DNA from: Phyllobates terribilis
Taxonomy: Eukaryota
Assembly: GCF_046119375.1 (NCBI RefSeq)
Contig: NW_027362762.1
Span: 929,566,001 to 929,630,000, forward strand
DNA: 64,000 bases
Reading direction: 5' to 3'
A model generated the notes under the pieces. It saw only the letters and a list, made by a program, of their open reading frames with translations. It was not told where the DNA came from and searched no databases. Made by a program: the position numbers and the translations under genes. Positions 1 to 10,569 of this stretch are shown piece by piece (within the stretch, counting starts at the first letter, position 1; the number at the start of each line of letters is the position of its first letter).

Positions 1-2
1 TC

Positions 3-2126
3 CAGCAGGGGAAAGAACGAGTAATCGCTTACGCCAGTCGAAAACTGCGACCCACCGAAAGAAACCCTGAGAATTACAGCTCATTTAAGCTAGAGTTCCT
101 GGCAGTGGTGTGGGCAGTCACCGAACGCTTTAAGCACTACCTCGCTTCTTCCCGGTTCACCGTGTACACGGATAACAACCCGTTGACACACCTGGACACG
201 GCAAGACTCGGTGCCTTAGAGCAGAGATGGATGGCCCGTCTGTCCAACTACGAGTTCACAATCAAATACCGGGCAGGACGCTCCAATACCAACGCGGACG
301 CCCTGTCCAGGATGCCAAACCTACCGGACGTAGGAGAAGATCCAGAGGGACTGGAAGAAGTCGAACTCCCCGCGTTCCACCGTCATGGGACTATCCAGTA
401 TTCCCATCGGGTAAGGAGTAAGCAAGCCGCTACGTTTAACCCCTTGCCTCACTACAACTGGGAGGAAACGCAAGACAGTGACCCTGCCGTCCGGCTGGTG
501 AAGGAGATGCTGACTCGGCCAGAGGCTCGCCTTGACCCAGACGCTCCGGAGGAAGCCAAGCAACTGTGGGCTGAGAAGAGTCGACTGTTCCTTTACAAGG
601 GGAAGTTGTGCCACAGAATGGTTAACTCCCGGACGCATGAACTAATCTGGCAAGTAGTGGTGCCACGGAGAGACGCAGCCATGGTGATGGAAGCATACCA
701 CGACGGGGCTGGACACTTCGGATGGAAGAAGCTGGAGTTCCTGCTGCGTGGGCGGTTCCACTGGGTAGGCATGAGGGGAACCATCGAGAGGTGGTGCAGA
801 GACTGTGGCCCGTGCAACCTAAGAAGGAAGGACCGTGCCAGCCAGAAGACTCCCCTGCAGTCCATCGTCACCCGGCAGCCGTTGGAACTGGTAGCCTTGG
901 ATCATGTAAAACTGACCCCAAGCAGAAGTGGCTACGTCTACGCGTTAACCATTGTGGATCATTACTCCCGGTTCTTGGTTGTCGTCCCCGTTAAGGACTT
1001 AACGGCTCAAACAGCAGCTAGAGCCTTCCAGCAGCACTTCTGCCGTCCACACGGGTACCCGGACCAAGTGCTGACGGACCAGGGACCTGCCTTTGAAGCG
1101 GAGGTCTTCCAGGAATTCTGCAATCTGTATGGCTGCCGGAAGATAAGGACGACACCCTATCATCCGCAAACTAATGGACTTTGTGAGAAAATGAACCAGG
1201 TGGTAATGGATCTCCTGAAAACGTTGCCCCTGGAAGAACGCAGTCTGTGGCCTGAGAAGCTGCCCGATCTGGTGGACCTATACAACCACATCCCGGTAGG
1301 TTCCACCAACTGTACCCCGGCTTACCTAATGAGGGCAAGGCCTGGTAAGCTACCTGTTGACCTGGAGATGGGAGTCCTGACACCCGAGGACACTTCACCG
1401 GAAGCAGACTGGGACACAGAGAGGCAGCAGCAGTACCGGAAAGTACAGGAGAGCGTGGAGCGAAGTCTCTGTCTCGCTAGGGAAAGACAAGAGAAAACTT
1501 ACAACCAGTATGCTCCCGCTGTTCCCCTGGTACCCGGAGAGCAGGTCTTGAAGAGGAAGAGACGGCTCCACAAGTTGGACGACCAGTGGGAGAAGGACCC
1601 GTACACCGTACTGCCCTCAAGCCACGACAACCCGAAAATTTGTACCATCAGTAAAGACGGAGGGGAAACCACAGCCATTGTATCCCGGGATCACCTGAAG
1701 AAGTGTCCCGAACAGCAACGGAACCCAGAAGGAGAGCAAGAAGACCCTCGACCCGTAGAGGAAAGGGAAGATATGGTTAGTACTGTGCTCGGAGACTTCC
1801 CTCGGTCCTGGACTCAAGTCAATGGTGCAGTTGTGGTACCTGTCCTCACGTTCCTCCAACCAGCATCCCAAGTGCCTACGGAGCAACAGGTAGAGCTGGA
1901 AGAGCAGCCGGTCCAGGAGGCAGCAGATTCCACACAAGCAGAACAGGAGGATCAACCCTCTGCTCATAGTGAGCCTGCCGTACCCCTAGTGAGCCAAAGA
2001 GCCCGTAAACAGCTGCCCAGTTTACCCTTGACAGCTCCTACACCCTGTAGTTCAGGGCCAGACAGTCAGCTCCGTAGGTCCACTAGGGCCACTAGAGGCC
2101 AGTTACCCGCACGTTGGAGGATTTGA
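3..2126 (+). CDS. pol: Gypsy Pol, partial: RNase H C-terminus, connection domain, integrase (HHCC, DD35E, GPY/F-like, disordered tail)
   Basis: Frame is open from base 3 (QQGKERVIAYASRKL) through the listed ORF 105-2126. Motifs: YTDNNPL, YRAGRSNTNADALSR, YHDGAGH...CGPC, ALDH / LTDQG / CEKMN, WEKDPY. Confidence 0.93.
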   Translation, partial: QQGKERVIAYASRKLRPTERNPENYSSFKLEFLAVVWAVTERFKHYLASSRFTVYTDNNPLTHLDTARLGALEQRWMARLSNYEFTIKYRAGRSNTNADALSRMPNLPDVGEDPEGLEEVELPAFHRHGTIQYSHRVRSKQAATFNPLPHYNWEETQDSDPAVRLVKEMLTRPEARLDPDAPEEAKQLWAEKSRLFLYKGKLCHRMVNSRTHELIWQVVVPRRDAAMVMEAYHDGAGHFGWKKLEFLLRGRFHWVGMRGTIERWCRDCGPCNLRRKDRASQKTPLQSIVTRQPLELVALDHVKLTPSRSGYVYALTIVDHYSRFLVVVPVKDLTAQTAARAFQQHFCRPHGYPDQVLTDQGPAFEAEVFQEFCNLYGCRKIRTTPYHPQTNGLCEKMNQVVMDLLKTLPLEERSLWPEKLPDLVDLYNHIPVGSTNCTPAYLMRARPGKLPVDLEMGVLTPEDTSPEADWDTERQQQYRKVQESVERSLCLARERQEKTYNQYAPAVPLVPGEQVLKRKRRLHKLDDQWEKDPYTVLPSSHDNPKICTISKDGGETTAIVSRDHLKKCPEQQRNPEGEQEDPRPVEEREDMVSTVLGDFPRSWTQVNGAVVVPVLTFLQPASQVPTEQQVELEEQPVQEAADSTQAEQEDQPSAHSEPAVPLVSQRARKQLPSLPLTAPTPCSSGPDSQLRRSTRATRGQLPARWRI

Positions 2127-2476
2127 AGTGTTTAAATTGTTTTATTGAGGTCACCTGTCTGTTACTTGTAAATAATTATGTGTTTCTAGTTATTTTTAGG
2201 AGTCCTTGGTGGATTTACCGGGGATCCTTGTACAATTGGTTGGAGCGTAACCTAGGAATGGACTAAAGACTGTTAAGGACTCGGGGCAGGACAGACCCCT
2301 ACCTGGTTACGTCTCCCTGTTTTGGTGAAATGGACACCTTGCTTTTCTTCAAAATTGCACCCGGTTGCGGACACGCCGTAACCATCTTTATGTGTTTTTC
2401 TTATTGTATTATAATTGTTTATACCTTGTTATGTTTTTCTAAAAATATGTTTAGTCCCGGAGTACTAAATTTCACT

Positions 2477-2485
2477 AGGGGGGAA
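2477..2485 (+). other. Polypurine tract of element A
   Basis: AGGGGGGAA directly before the LTR TG. Confidence 0.85.
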
Positions 2486-3478
2486 TGTGGTACCCCAGGG
2501 GTCTGGTTTCCACAGTAACAGCAATGTTATGTCTGAGAGCAGGTGGGAGGTCTCTTGGTCAGGGATCCTATGCATGCCACACCTCCTGCCCAGTCCTGGG
2601 AGGGGAAGAACTTCCCCTATATAAACCTAGGGCTGAGGCAGGGTTAGTGAGTAGAGAAGAAGTAGAGAAGAGAAGCAGATATAGGAAAAGAACATCAGGA
2701 GCTCTGTGGGAGCAGTGCTATAAGGAGTCAGGGGCTGGTAGCTGCAGAGCTCGCCCTGACTGAGAAGCTATCACCGGACCCGGAGTCCGAGGCTGTGGGG
2801 ACTAATCTTTACCCAGCAGCAGAGACCGCCCGGCAGGGGATTTCAGGGCCTCTGGCCAAGAAACCCGAAGGCACGGTCACACGCGTAGGACCAGCACCGC
2901 CGTCGTGGAGCGGACGCCATTAGAAGGCCCCGAGTCACCGGCCATACGGGTGAGCACCACACGGTACACTCAGGGACGTGGGCTACTTATACCCGCCTCT
3001 AGCAAGGTAGCCAGAAGAGTACAGTCAGTTTGGGAGGCCTACAACTCCGCCTGGCCAGGGGAGATCCCATCTGCTCAAGGACTGACCAGGCCCCGATCGC
3101 TAGCCAGTACTCCGGGAGGGTCTATCTTTATCACCAGTAAAGACCCTGAACTACACCGCATCGTCTCTGAGTGATTCCTGATACCCCCATCATCCACGTC
3201 GGCTGCCCTGAGGCCATACCCCTCCCGTTGGGGGTGATACTACCACGCTGCACAATCCTACCACCGGCCTCAGCGGTCTGCCCTGCAGCGGCAGCTCCTT
3301 CGCTGCATTCAACGGGTGGCGTAGTCGTCCAACATCTACCGCTAATACAACGCCACTTAGTCTGACTCCCTGGGCACGGACCGGGTCACCGCCACGAGAC
3401 TACAACCCTCAACAGATCCGGCTCCGGGTAAGCTCCTGCATGCGCAACGCTGTGCGACACAGGCCCAGGGGTGCGTCA
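2486..3478 (+). repeat. 3' LTR of element A (993 bp)
   Basis: TG...CA ends; TATATAAA at 2618; AGTAAA candidate poly(A) signal at 3136; 3' end matches the other LTRs (GGGGTGCGTCA). Confidence 0.9.
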
Positions 3479-3790
3479 CATATACACATTCATAAATTTG
3501 GCTACTAGAAGGGCAAACCTATTGACAATATGTTAACTAGTGGTGACATTAGAGGACACAATGTCAATCGATATTGGTTAATAAGAAGAAGGGTTTTCCA
3601 TGTTTGTTTACAATAAACATTGAATCATGAGACTACAGATGCATCTCACTAAATTAGAATATCATCAAAAAGTTAATTTATTTCAGTTCTTCAATACAAA
3701 AAGTGAAGCTCATATATTATATAGAGTCATTACAAACAGAGTGATCTATTTCAAGTGTTTATTTCTGTTAATGTTGATGATTATGGCTTA

Positions 3791-4992
3791 TGTGTCGGCC
3801 CTGCGGGTTCAGTTGCCACAGAGGTACTGCATCTCACCCAGAGGTGTGGTATCTCACTCTCAGGTAAGGAAGGAGTACTGCCCGGTACTGCATCCAACAC
3901 TACACTTCTCCAGACCAGCAGGAGGGCCAAGATGCTCTGCTACATGGCTGAGCCCTGTCCCTGGCTCTAGTGGGGGGAACCAAGAGAGGGGGAACCATGT
4001 AGTGGGTGTGGGTGGAGGAAGAAGTCAGGGGAGCACTTGAGAAGGAGGAAATAAAAATAGAAGCCATCTTGTGAAGTCAGTTGTTCAGAGGAGAAGTAGT
4101 GGGAGCAGGAGCTCTGCAGGAGCTCTGCTCAGGAGGAGGGCCTAGTGAGAGAGGCCCAGGACAGACTGAAGAGAGGAGAGGAGCAGGAAGGAAGGCTCCA
4201 GAACGGAAAGGATCCTAGGGGCACGGGCAGTGCGGATGCCACCCGTGCGCCCAAATTCACACTGACATGGAGGGATCAGGTCGCAGAGGGGACAGGCCCC
4301 TAAACTAGTGGAGTTTCTTAAAGTCTCAGCTAGATAACCGGAGAGTGTAGCATTCCAGGTGCTGCAGCCACAGCTACATCTAAATCGCCAAAAAGGTGGC
4401 CATAGATGACCCAGGGGACAGAGAAGACGTCGCCCGACAAGGTCCGCGGTCACTGACTTGGGACACTGGGTGTGAGGTGCAGGGAACGGCCAGAAGGAAC
4501 ACACAGAAAGGGTCCCGTTACGTACTCCGGAGGTACCTGGGAGTTTGCTGAACCCCTCCCTGAGTAAACACAGGACGGCATGGGAAGGTTTTTAGACCTT
4601 GGAGTCTAAAAATCGTGAGTAAAACCTTGAAGACTGCACCCCACTGTCTCTGCAAATTATTACTGCGCCATCATCCTCTGCACCACCCTGCACACCTACT
4701 TCATCTATAACATCACTACTCTGCCCTGGAGCTAAGCTCTACCTGTGGAGAGATAAACCAACTCTGCTGCATTAACAACAGTTCCTGAGGACCTGCTCCG
4801 CAGCGGCAGCTCCCTTTAGCCGCATACCACAGGTGGCGTTACGAACATTAAACCATAAAAACTATAATTCCCCTGTAAATTCCCCCTTTTATTGACCGCC
4901 CTGGGTCATGGACCGGGTCACTGCCACTGTGACATCTCCCCTAGCAACGACCGGCCCCACACCAAGTACCCCACGGCCCAGGGGGCGCGTCA
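3791..4992 (+). mobile_element. Solo Gypsy LTR inserted in the left TIR of the Tc1
   Basis: TGTGTCGGCCC...GGGGGCGCGTCA with CTTA TSD (3787-3790 and 4993-4996). Removing it restores the TIR sequence seen at the right end. Confidence 0.92.
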
Positions 4993-5103
4993 CTTACTGC
5001 CAATGAAAACACAAAAGTCATTATCTCAGTAAATTAAAATATTAACAAAAAACACCTGAAAAGGCTTAATAAGGGTTTAAAAATGTCCCTTAGTCTGTTT
5101 TAA

Positions 5104-5845
5104 GGCCCCGTCACACTAAGCGATGCAGCAGTGATCCCGACAACGATATGACCTGTCAGGGATCGTTGCTGCGTCGCTAATACATCACTGGTGAGCTGTC
5201 AAACAGGCAGGCTCACCAGCGATCAGGGGAGCAGCGATATCGTGGAAAGAATCGCTCCACGATGTCCTGCTCCCGGTTACCAGCCTGCTGCTGAAGCAGG
5301 AGCAGGCTCGTAACCATGATAAACATCGGGTTACTAAGTGCGCGTGTGCCCCTAGTAACCCGCTGGTACCATGGATACCACTCTGCTACCGTGCGCGGGA
5401 GGTTACCGTTCACCTTAGCAGAGTCGTATCCATGATAAACATCGGGTTACTAGGGGCATACGCACACTTAGTAACCCGATGTTTATCATGGATACGACTC
5501 TGCTAAGGTGAGCGGTAACCTCCCGCGCACCATAGCAGAGTGGTATCCAAGGTAAACAGCGGGTTACTAAGTGCGCACGTGCCCCTAGTAACCCGATGTT
5601 TACCATGGATACCAGCCCGATCGTTGGTCCCGCTGGTCACACACAGCGATGTGTGCCGGCCAGCAGGAGGCCAACGACCAAAAAATGGTCCAGGACACTT
5701 TGCAGCGATCAGCGACCTCACATCAGGGGCCTGATCGTTGAAAAGTGTCACACATAGCGACATTGCTGGTGAGGTCGCTGTTGCGTCACCAAAACCTTGA
5801 CTCAGCAGCGATCTCGCTAGCGATATCGCTATGTGAGACGGGGGC
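5104..5845. mobile_element. Palindromic MITE (PIF/Harbinger-like termini GGCCCCGTCACAC) inside the Tc1
   Basis: TTAA/TAA on both flanks, imperfect TIRs, largely self-complementary body with three internal hairpin units. Confidence 0.8.
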
Positions 5846-5864
5846 TTAAGTAGGCTCCACAATC

Positions 5865-6501
5865 ATGGGGAAGACTGCTGACTTGACAGATGTCCAGAAG
5901 CCTGTCATTGACACACTCCACATGGTCCCAGAGTTCCAATTTTCATTTGGAAATCAAGGTCCCAGAGTCTGGAGGAAGAGTGGAGAGGCCACAATCCAAG
6001 CTGCTGGAGGTCTAGTGTGAAGTTCCCACAATCAGTGATGGTTTGGGGAGCCATGTCATCTGCTGGTGTAGGTTCACTGTGTTTTATCAAGACCAAAGTC
6101 AGCATAGCTGTCTACCAGGACATTTTAGAGCACTTCATGCTTCCCTCTGTAGACAAGCTTTTTGGAGATGGAAATGTCATTCTCCAGCAGGACTTGGCCC
6201 CTGTCCACACTGCCAAAAGTACCAATACCTGGTTTACAAACAACAGTATCACTGTGCTTGATTGGCCAACAAACTCGCCTGACCTTAACCCCATAGAAAA
6301 TCTATTATAGAGAATATATGGGCTATTGTCAAGAGAAAGATGAGAGACACCAAATCCAACAATGCAGACGAGCTGAAGGCTGCTATCAAAGCAACCTGGG
6401 CTTCCATAACACCTCAGCAGGGCCACAGGCTGATCGCCTCCATGCCACATTGCCGCATTGATGCAGTAATTGATACAAAAGGAGCCACGACCAAGTATTG
6501 A
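5865..6501 (+). pseudogene. Tc1 transposase remnant with a large internal deletion
   Basis: ATG GGG AAG ACT start jumps to WGAMSSAGVG...QQDLAPVH...[12 protein letters not shown]; ends at AAG TAT TGA; frameshifted. Confidence 0.85.
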
Positions 6502-7094
6502 GGGCATTTACTGAACATTAATTTCAGTAGGCCAACATTTCGCATTTTAAAAACATTTTCCAAGCTGTTATAAAGTATTCTAATTTACTGAGATAATGAC
6601 TTTTGTGTTTTCATTGGCTGTAAGCCATAATCATCAACATTAACAGAAATAAACACTTGAAATAGATCACTCTGTTTATAATGACTCTATATAATTTTCG
6701 CTTTTTGTATTGAAGAACTGAAATAAATTAACTTTTTGATGATATTCTAGTTTAGTGAGATGCACCTGTACGTGATGAGAGACAGGACGTCACAGTTGTT
6801 TTCTGTGACTAAATGTACAGAATTATAGAAAGGATGTTGTTCCGGAAGACTGGTAAAGTGTGAGTAGTTTTTATTTCATGTGTTGATCTAGTTGTCCTGT
6901 TATACCTGAAAGTTTCTTTGAGGATTGTTCAGCCGAGCTTGTTATATCTTCGCTGCAGGTGCAGACATTGAAAATTAACTTCACTGTCACATGTTCAGAA
7001 CACATTGCCTGATTGTGTAAATGTACAGAATGCCAGCCCTGTGGATGTGCTGCACCACATATTATACTCTGTAAAACAATTTAATAAAATTAAG

Positions 7095-7330
7095 TAGAGA
7101 TGAGTGAATCAATTCGATGCAAATCGAATTTGGGTAAAATTTGGGGAAATTCACTGGACAAGTCAAATTTGAACAATTTACGTGTATAGCTAAAAATGCC
7201 AATGAAAACGATTGCATCAGCCAGAGAAGGCTTAGAGGACCTCAGGCCTGGACCTGTGGTCTTCTCTATAATGCCTTGTAGCTATCACACTACATGGTAC
7301 GGCACAACCAATCAGGAAGAATATCATATA
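7095..7330. mobile_element. hAT-type terminus (TAGAGATGAG), probably continuing after the Tc1 insertion at about 12165
   Basis: Terminus resembles the other TAG(A/T)G(A/T)TGAGCG hAT ends in the window; opposite end not found. Confidence 0.5.
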
Positions 7331-7547
7331 CAGTGGGTACGGAAAGTATTCAGTCCCCTTTAAATTTTTGACTCTTTTTTTCATTGCAGCCATTTGGTAA
7401 ATTCTAAAAAGTAAATTTTTTTCTCATTAAAGTACACTCTGCACCCCACCTTGACTGAAAAAAAAACAGAAATATAGAAATTTTTGCACATTTATTAAAA
7501 AAGAAAAACTGAAGTATAACATGATCATAAGTATTCAGACTCTTTGC

Positions 7548-8536
7548 TCAGTATTGAGTAGAAGCACCCTTTTGAGCTAGTACAGCTATGAGTCTTCTTT
7601 GGAATGATGCAACAAGTTTTTCACACCTGGATTTGGGGATCCTCTCAAGTTCCGTCAGGTTGGATGGTGAACGTTGGTGGACAGCCATTTTCAGGTCTCT
7701 CCAGAGATGCTCAATTGGGTTTAGGTCAGGGCTCTGGCTGGGCCAGTCAAGAATGGTCACAGAGTTGATCTGAAACCACTCCTTTGTTATTTTAGCTGTG
7801 TGCTTAGGGTCATTGTCTTATTGGAAGGTGAACAAGTCTGAGGTCCAGAGCACTCTGGAAGTGGTTTTCATCCAGAATATCTCTGTACTTGACCGCATTC
7901 ATGTTTCCTTCAATTGCAACCAGTCGTCCTGTCCCTGCAGCTGAAAAACACCCCCAAAGCATGATGTTGCCACCACCATGTTTCACTGTTGGGATTGTGT
8001 TGGGCAGGTGATGAGCAGTGCCTGCTCTTCTCCACACATACTGCTTATAATTATCACCAAAAAGTTCTACCTTCGTCTCATCAGACCAGAGAATCTTATT
8101 TCTCATAGTCTGGGAGTCCTTCATATGTTTTTGAGCAAACTCTATGCAGGCTTTCATATGTCTTGCACTGAGGAGAGGCTTCCGTCAGGCTACCCTGCAA
8201 TAAAGGCCCGACTGGTGGAGGGCTGCAGTGATAGTTGACTTTGTGGAACTTTCTCCAATCTCCCTACTGCATCTCTGGAGTTCAACCACAGTGATCTTTG
8301 GTTCTTCTTTACCTTTCTCACCAAGGCTCTTCTCCCACGATTGCTCAGTTTGGCTGGATAGCCAAAAGACTTCTGGTGGTCCCAAACTTCTTCCATTTAA
8401 GGATTATGGAGGCCACTGTGCTCTTAGGAACCTTGAGTAATGCAGAAATTCTTTTGTAACCTTGGCCAGATCTGTGCCTTGCCAAAATTCTGTCTCTGAG
8501 CTCCGTGGGCAGTTCCTTTGAGCTCATGATTCTCAT
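7548..8536 (-). pseudogene. Frameshifted Tc1 transposase
   Basis: Fragments MSSKELPTELRDRI (HTH), [25 protein letters not shown] and [12 protein letters not shown] lie in different frames. Confidence 0.88.
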
Positions 8537-10133
8537 TTGGTCTGACATGCACTGTGAGCTGTGAGGTCTCATATAGACAGGTGTGTGCCTTTCCGAATCA
8601 AGTCCTATCAGTTTAATTAAACACATCTGGACTCCAATGAAGGAGTAGAACCATCTCAAGGAGGATCACAAGGAAATGGACAGCATGTGACTTAACCCCT
8701 TTACGACATAGGGCGTATTAATACGTATCTGTGCCCTGGGCTTTATGGACCAGATACGTATTAATACGCCCTCGCGATCTCGCCCGCACACAAGCGGAGC
8801 GGGCGCAATCGCCGCCGGGTGTCAGCTGATTGTCACAGCTGACACCCGGGGCTATGTGCAGGGAGCGGTCCCGCACCGCTCCCGGCACATTAACTCCCGC
8901 AATGCTGCGATCAAAGTCGATCGCAGCATTGCGGTGGCTAAGGGGAGGTGATCGTATACTCACCTCCTCTTCCGGCCTCCAGCGCTGTCTGCCGCGGCTT
9001 CCAGGATGTTGCCATGACGACCCGATGTCGTCATGATAACATCCGGGTCACAAGACAGCAGGAAGATTTTTTGGACATGCGCAGAGCATTTCCAAACTAT
9101 CTTCTCCCTGTCCAGCACTGAAAGCCTGCATGGCACAGGGATGGTGCTCCATTCCTGTGCCATGCAGGCGATCAGAGTAAAAAAAGTGAAAGTCCCATAG
9201 TGGGACAAAGTAGAAAAGTAAAAAAAACTGTCAGAAAGTGAAAAAAAAATTTAACAAAAATTGTAAAAATGTTAAAAAAAAATAATCCACCAAAAATAAA
9301 AATATAATGTACCCATCAATAAATATTATTATGAAAAAAAAAACAATAAAAGTACACATATTTGGTATCGCCACGTCCGGAACGACCTGACCTATGAAAC
9401 TGTCCCACTAGTTAACCCCTTCAGTGAACATAGTAAAAAATAAAAATAAACTAAGCAAAAAACAATGCTTTATCACCATAACGCCAAACAAAAAATGGAA
9501 TAACACGCGATCAAAAAGACGAATATAAATAAAAATGGTACCGCTGAAAACGTCATCTCGTCCCGCAAAAAACAAGCTCCATCAGCCGAAAAATAAAAAA
9601 GTTATAGCTCTCAGAATAAAGCGATGCTAAAAAATAATTTTTTCTATAAAATAGTTTTTATTATGTAAAAGTGCAAAACATAGAAAAACTATATAAATGT
9701 GGTACCGCTGTAAACGTACTGACCCAAAGAATAAAGCTGCCTTATCAATTTTACCACACGTGGAGTAGAATAAAAAAAAAAAAAAAACAAATCCTGAATT
9801 GTTGGTTTTTGTTTATTCTGCCTCCCAAAAATCGGAATAGAAAGCGATCAAAAAATGTCGCGTGCCTGAAAATGGCACCAATAAAAACGTCAACTCATCC
9901 CGCAAAAAACAAGCCATCATATGACTGTCTGCCAAAATATGGAAAAATTATAGCTCTCAAAATATGGCGATGCAAAAACTAGATTTTACAAAAAATGCGT
10001 CTTTTAGTGTGTGACAGCTGTCAATCATAAAAACCCCATATGATTCTGGTATCGCTGTAATCGCACCGACCCAAAGAATAAAGTCGTCTAATCACTTATA
10101 CCGCACGAGGAATGGCGTAAAAAATAAACTCTC

Positions 10134-10229
10134 GGGTTAGGGTTGTGCTAGGGTTAGGGTTGTGCTAGGGTTAGGGTTGGGCTAGGATTAGGGCTGGGGT
10201 TGGGGTTAGGGTTGTGATGGGGTTGGGAT
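10134..10229 (+). repeat. Degenerate telomere-like (GGGTTA/GGGTTG) array inside the piggyBac-like element
   Basis: gggttagggttgtgctagggttagggttgtgctagggttagggttggg... Confidence 0.8.
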
Positions 10230-10269
10230 TTTTTTCATAAGTAAGAAAAAAAGATGACGATATGGCGAC

Positions 10270-10569
10270 TAGTGTTGAGCGCAAGTGCTCGCTACTTGAG
10301 TTTGCATCGGGTGCTCTGGTATGCATTGAGTATCATGGGTATTTGAGTGACATGCTCGAGTCTCCGCCCCATATGCTTTGCGGCCAAAAAACTTTGCGGG
10401 GATTGCCTGCCATGCACGAGCGATCCCCGCATGTTTTTTTTGGGGTGTCTAATAACCGTGAAACATGCGGGGCAGGGACTCGAGCATGTCACTCGAGCAC
10501 ACGCAGTACATGGTGCATACCTGAGTACCCGATGCAAACTCAAGTAGCGAGCACTTGAGCTCAAGACTA
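10270..10569. mobile_element. hAT MITE
   Basis: About 40-bp TIRs TAGTGTTGAGCGCAAGTGCTCGCTAC; 8-bp TSD ATGGCGAC / ATGACAAC (two G>A differences). Confidence 0.85.

Larger units (their letters stand above)
1..3478 (+). mobile_element. Ty3/Gypsy LTR retrotransposon A, 3' portion (runs off the left window edge)
   Basis: RNase H C-terminus and integrase ORF, 3' UTR, polypurine tract AGGGGGGAA, then an LTR from TGTGGTACCC to GGGGTGCGTCA. Same architecture as element C. Confidence 0.95.
3636..6768 (+). mobile_element. Tc1/mariner DNA transposon, internally deleted, with two nested insertions
   Basis: TA|CAGATGCATCTCACTAAA at the left and TTTAGTGAGATGCACCTG|TA at the right; long (over 200 bp) inverted repeats; transposase remnants. 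Confidence 0.92.
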
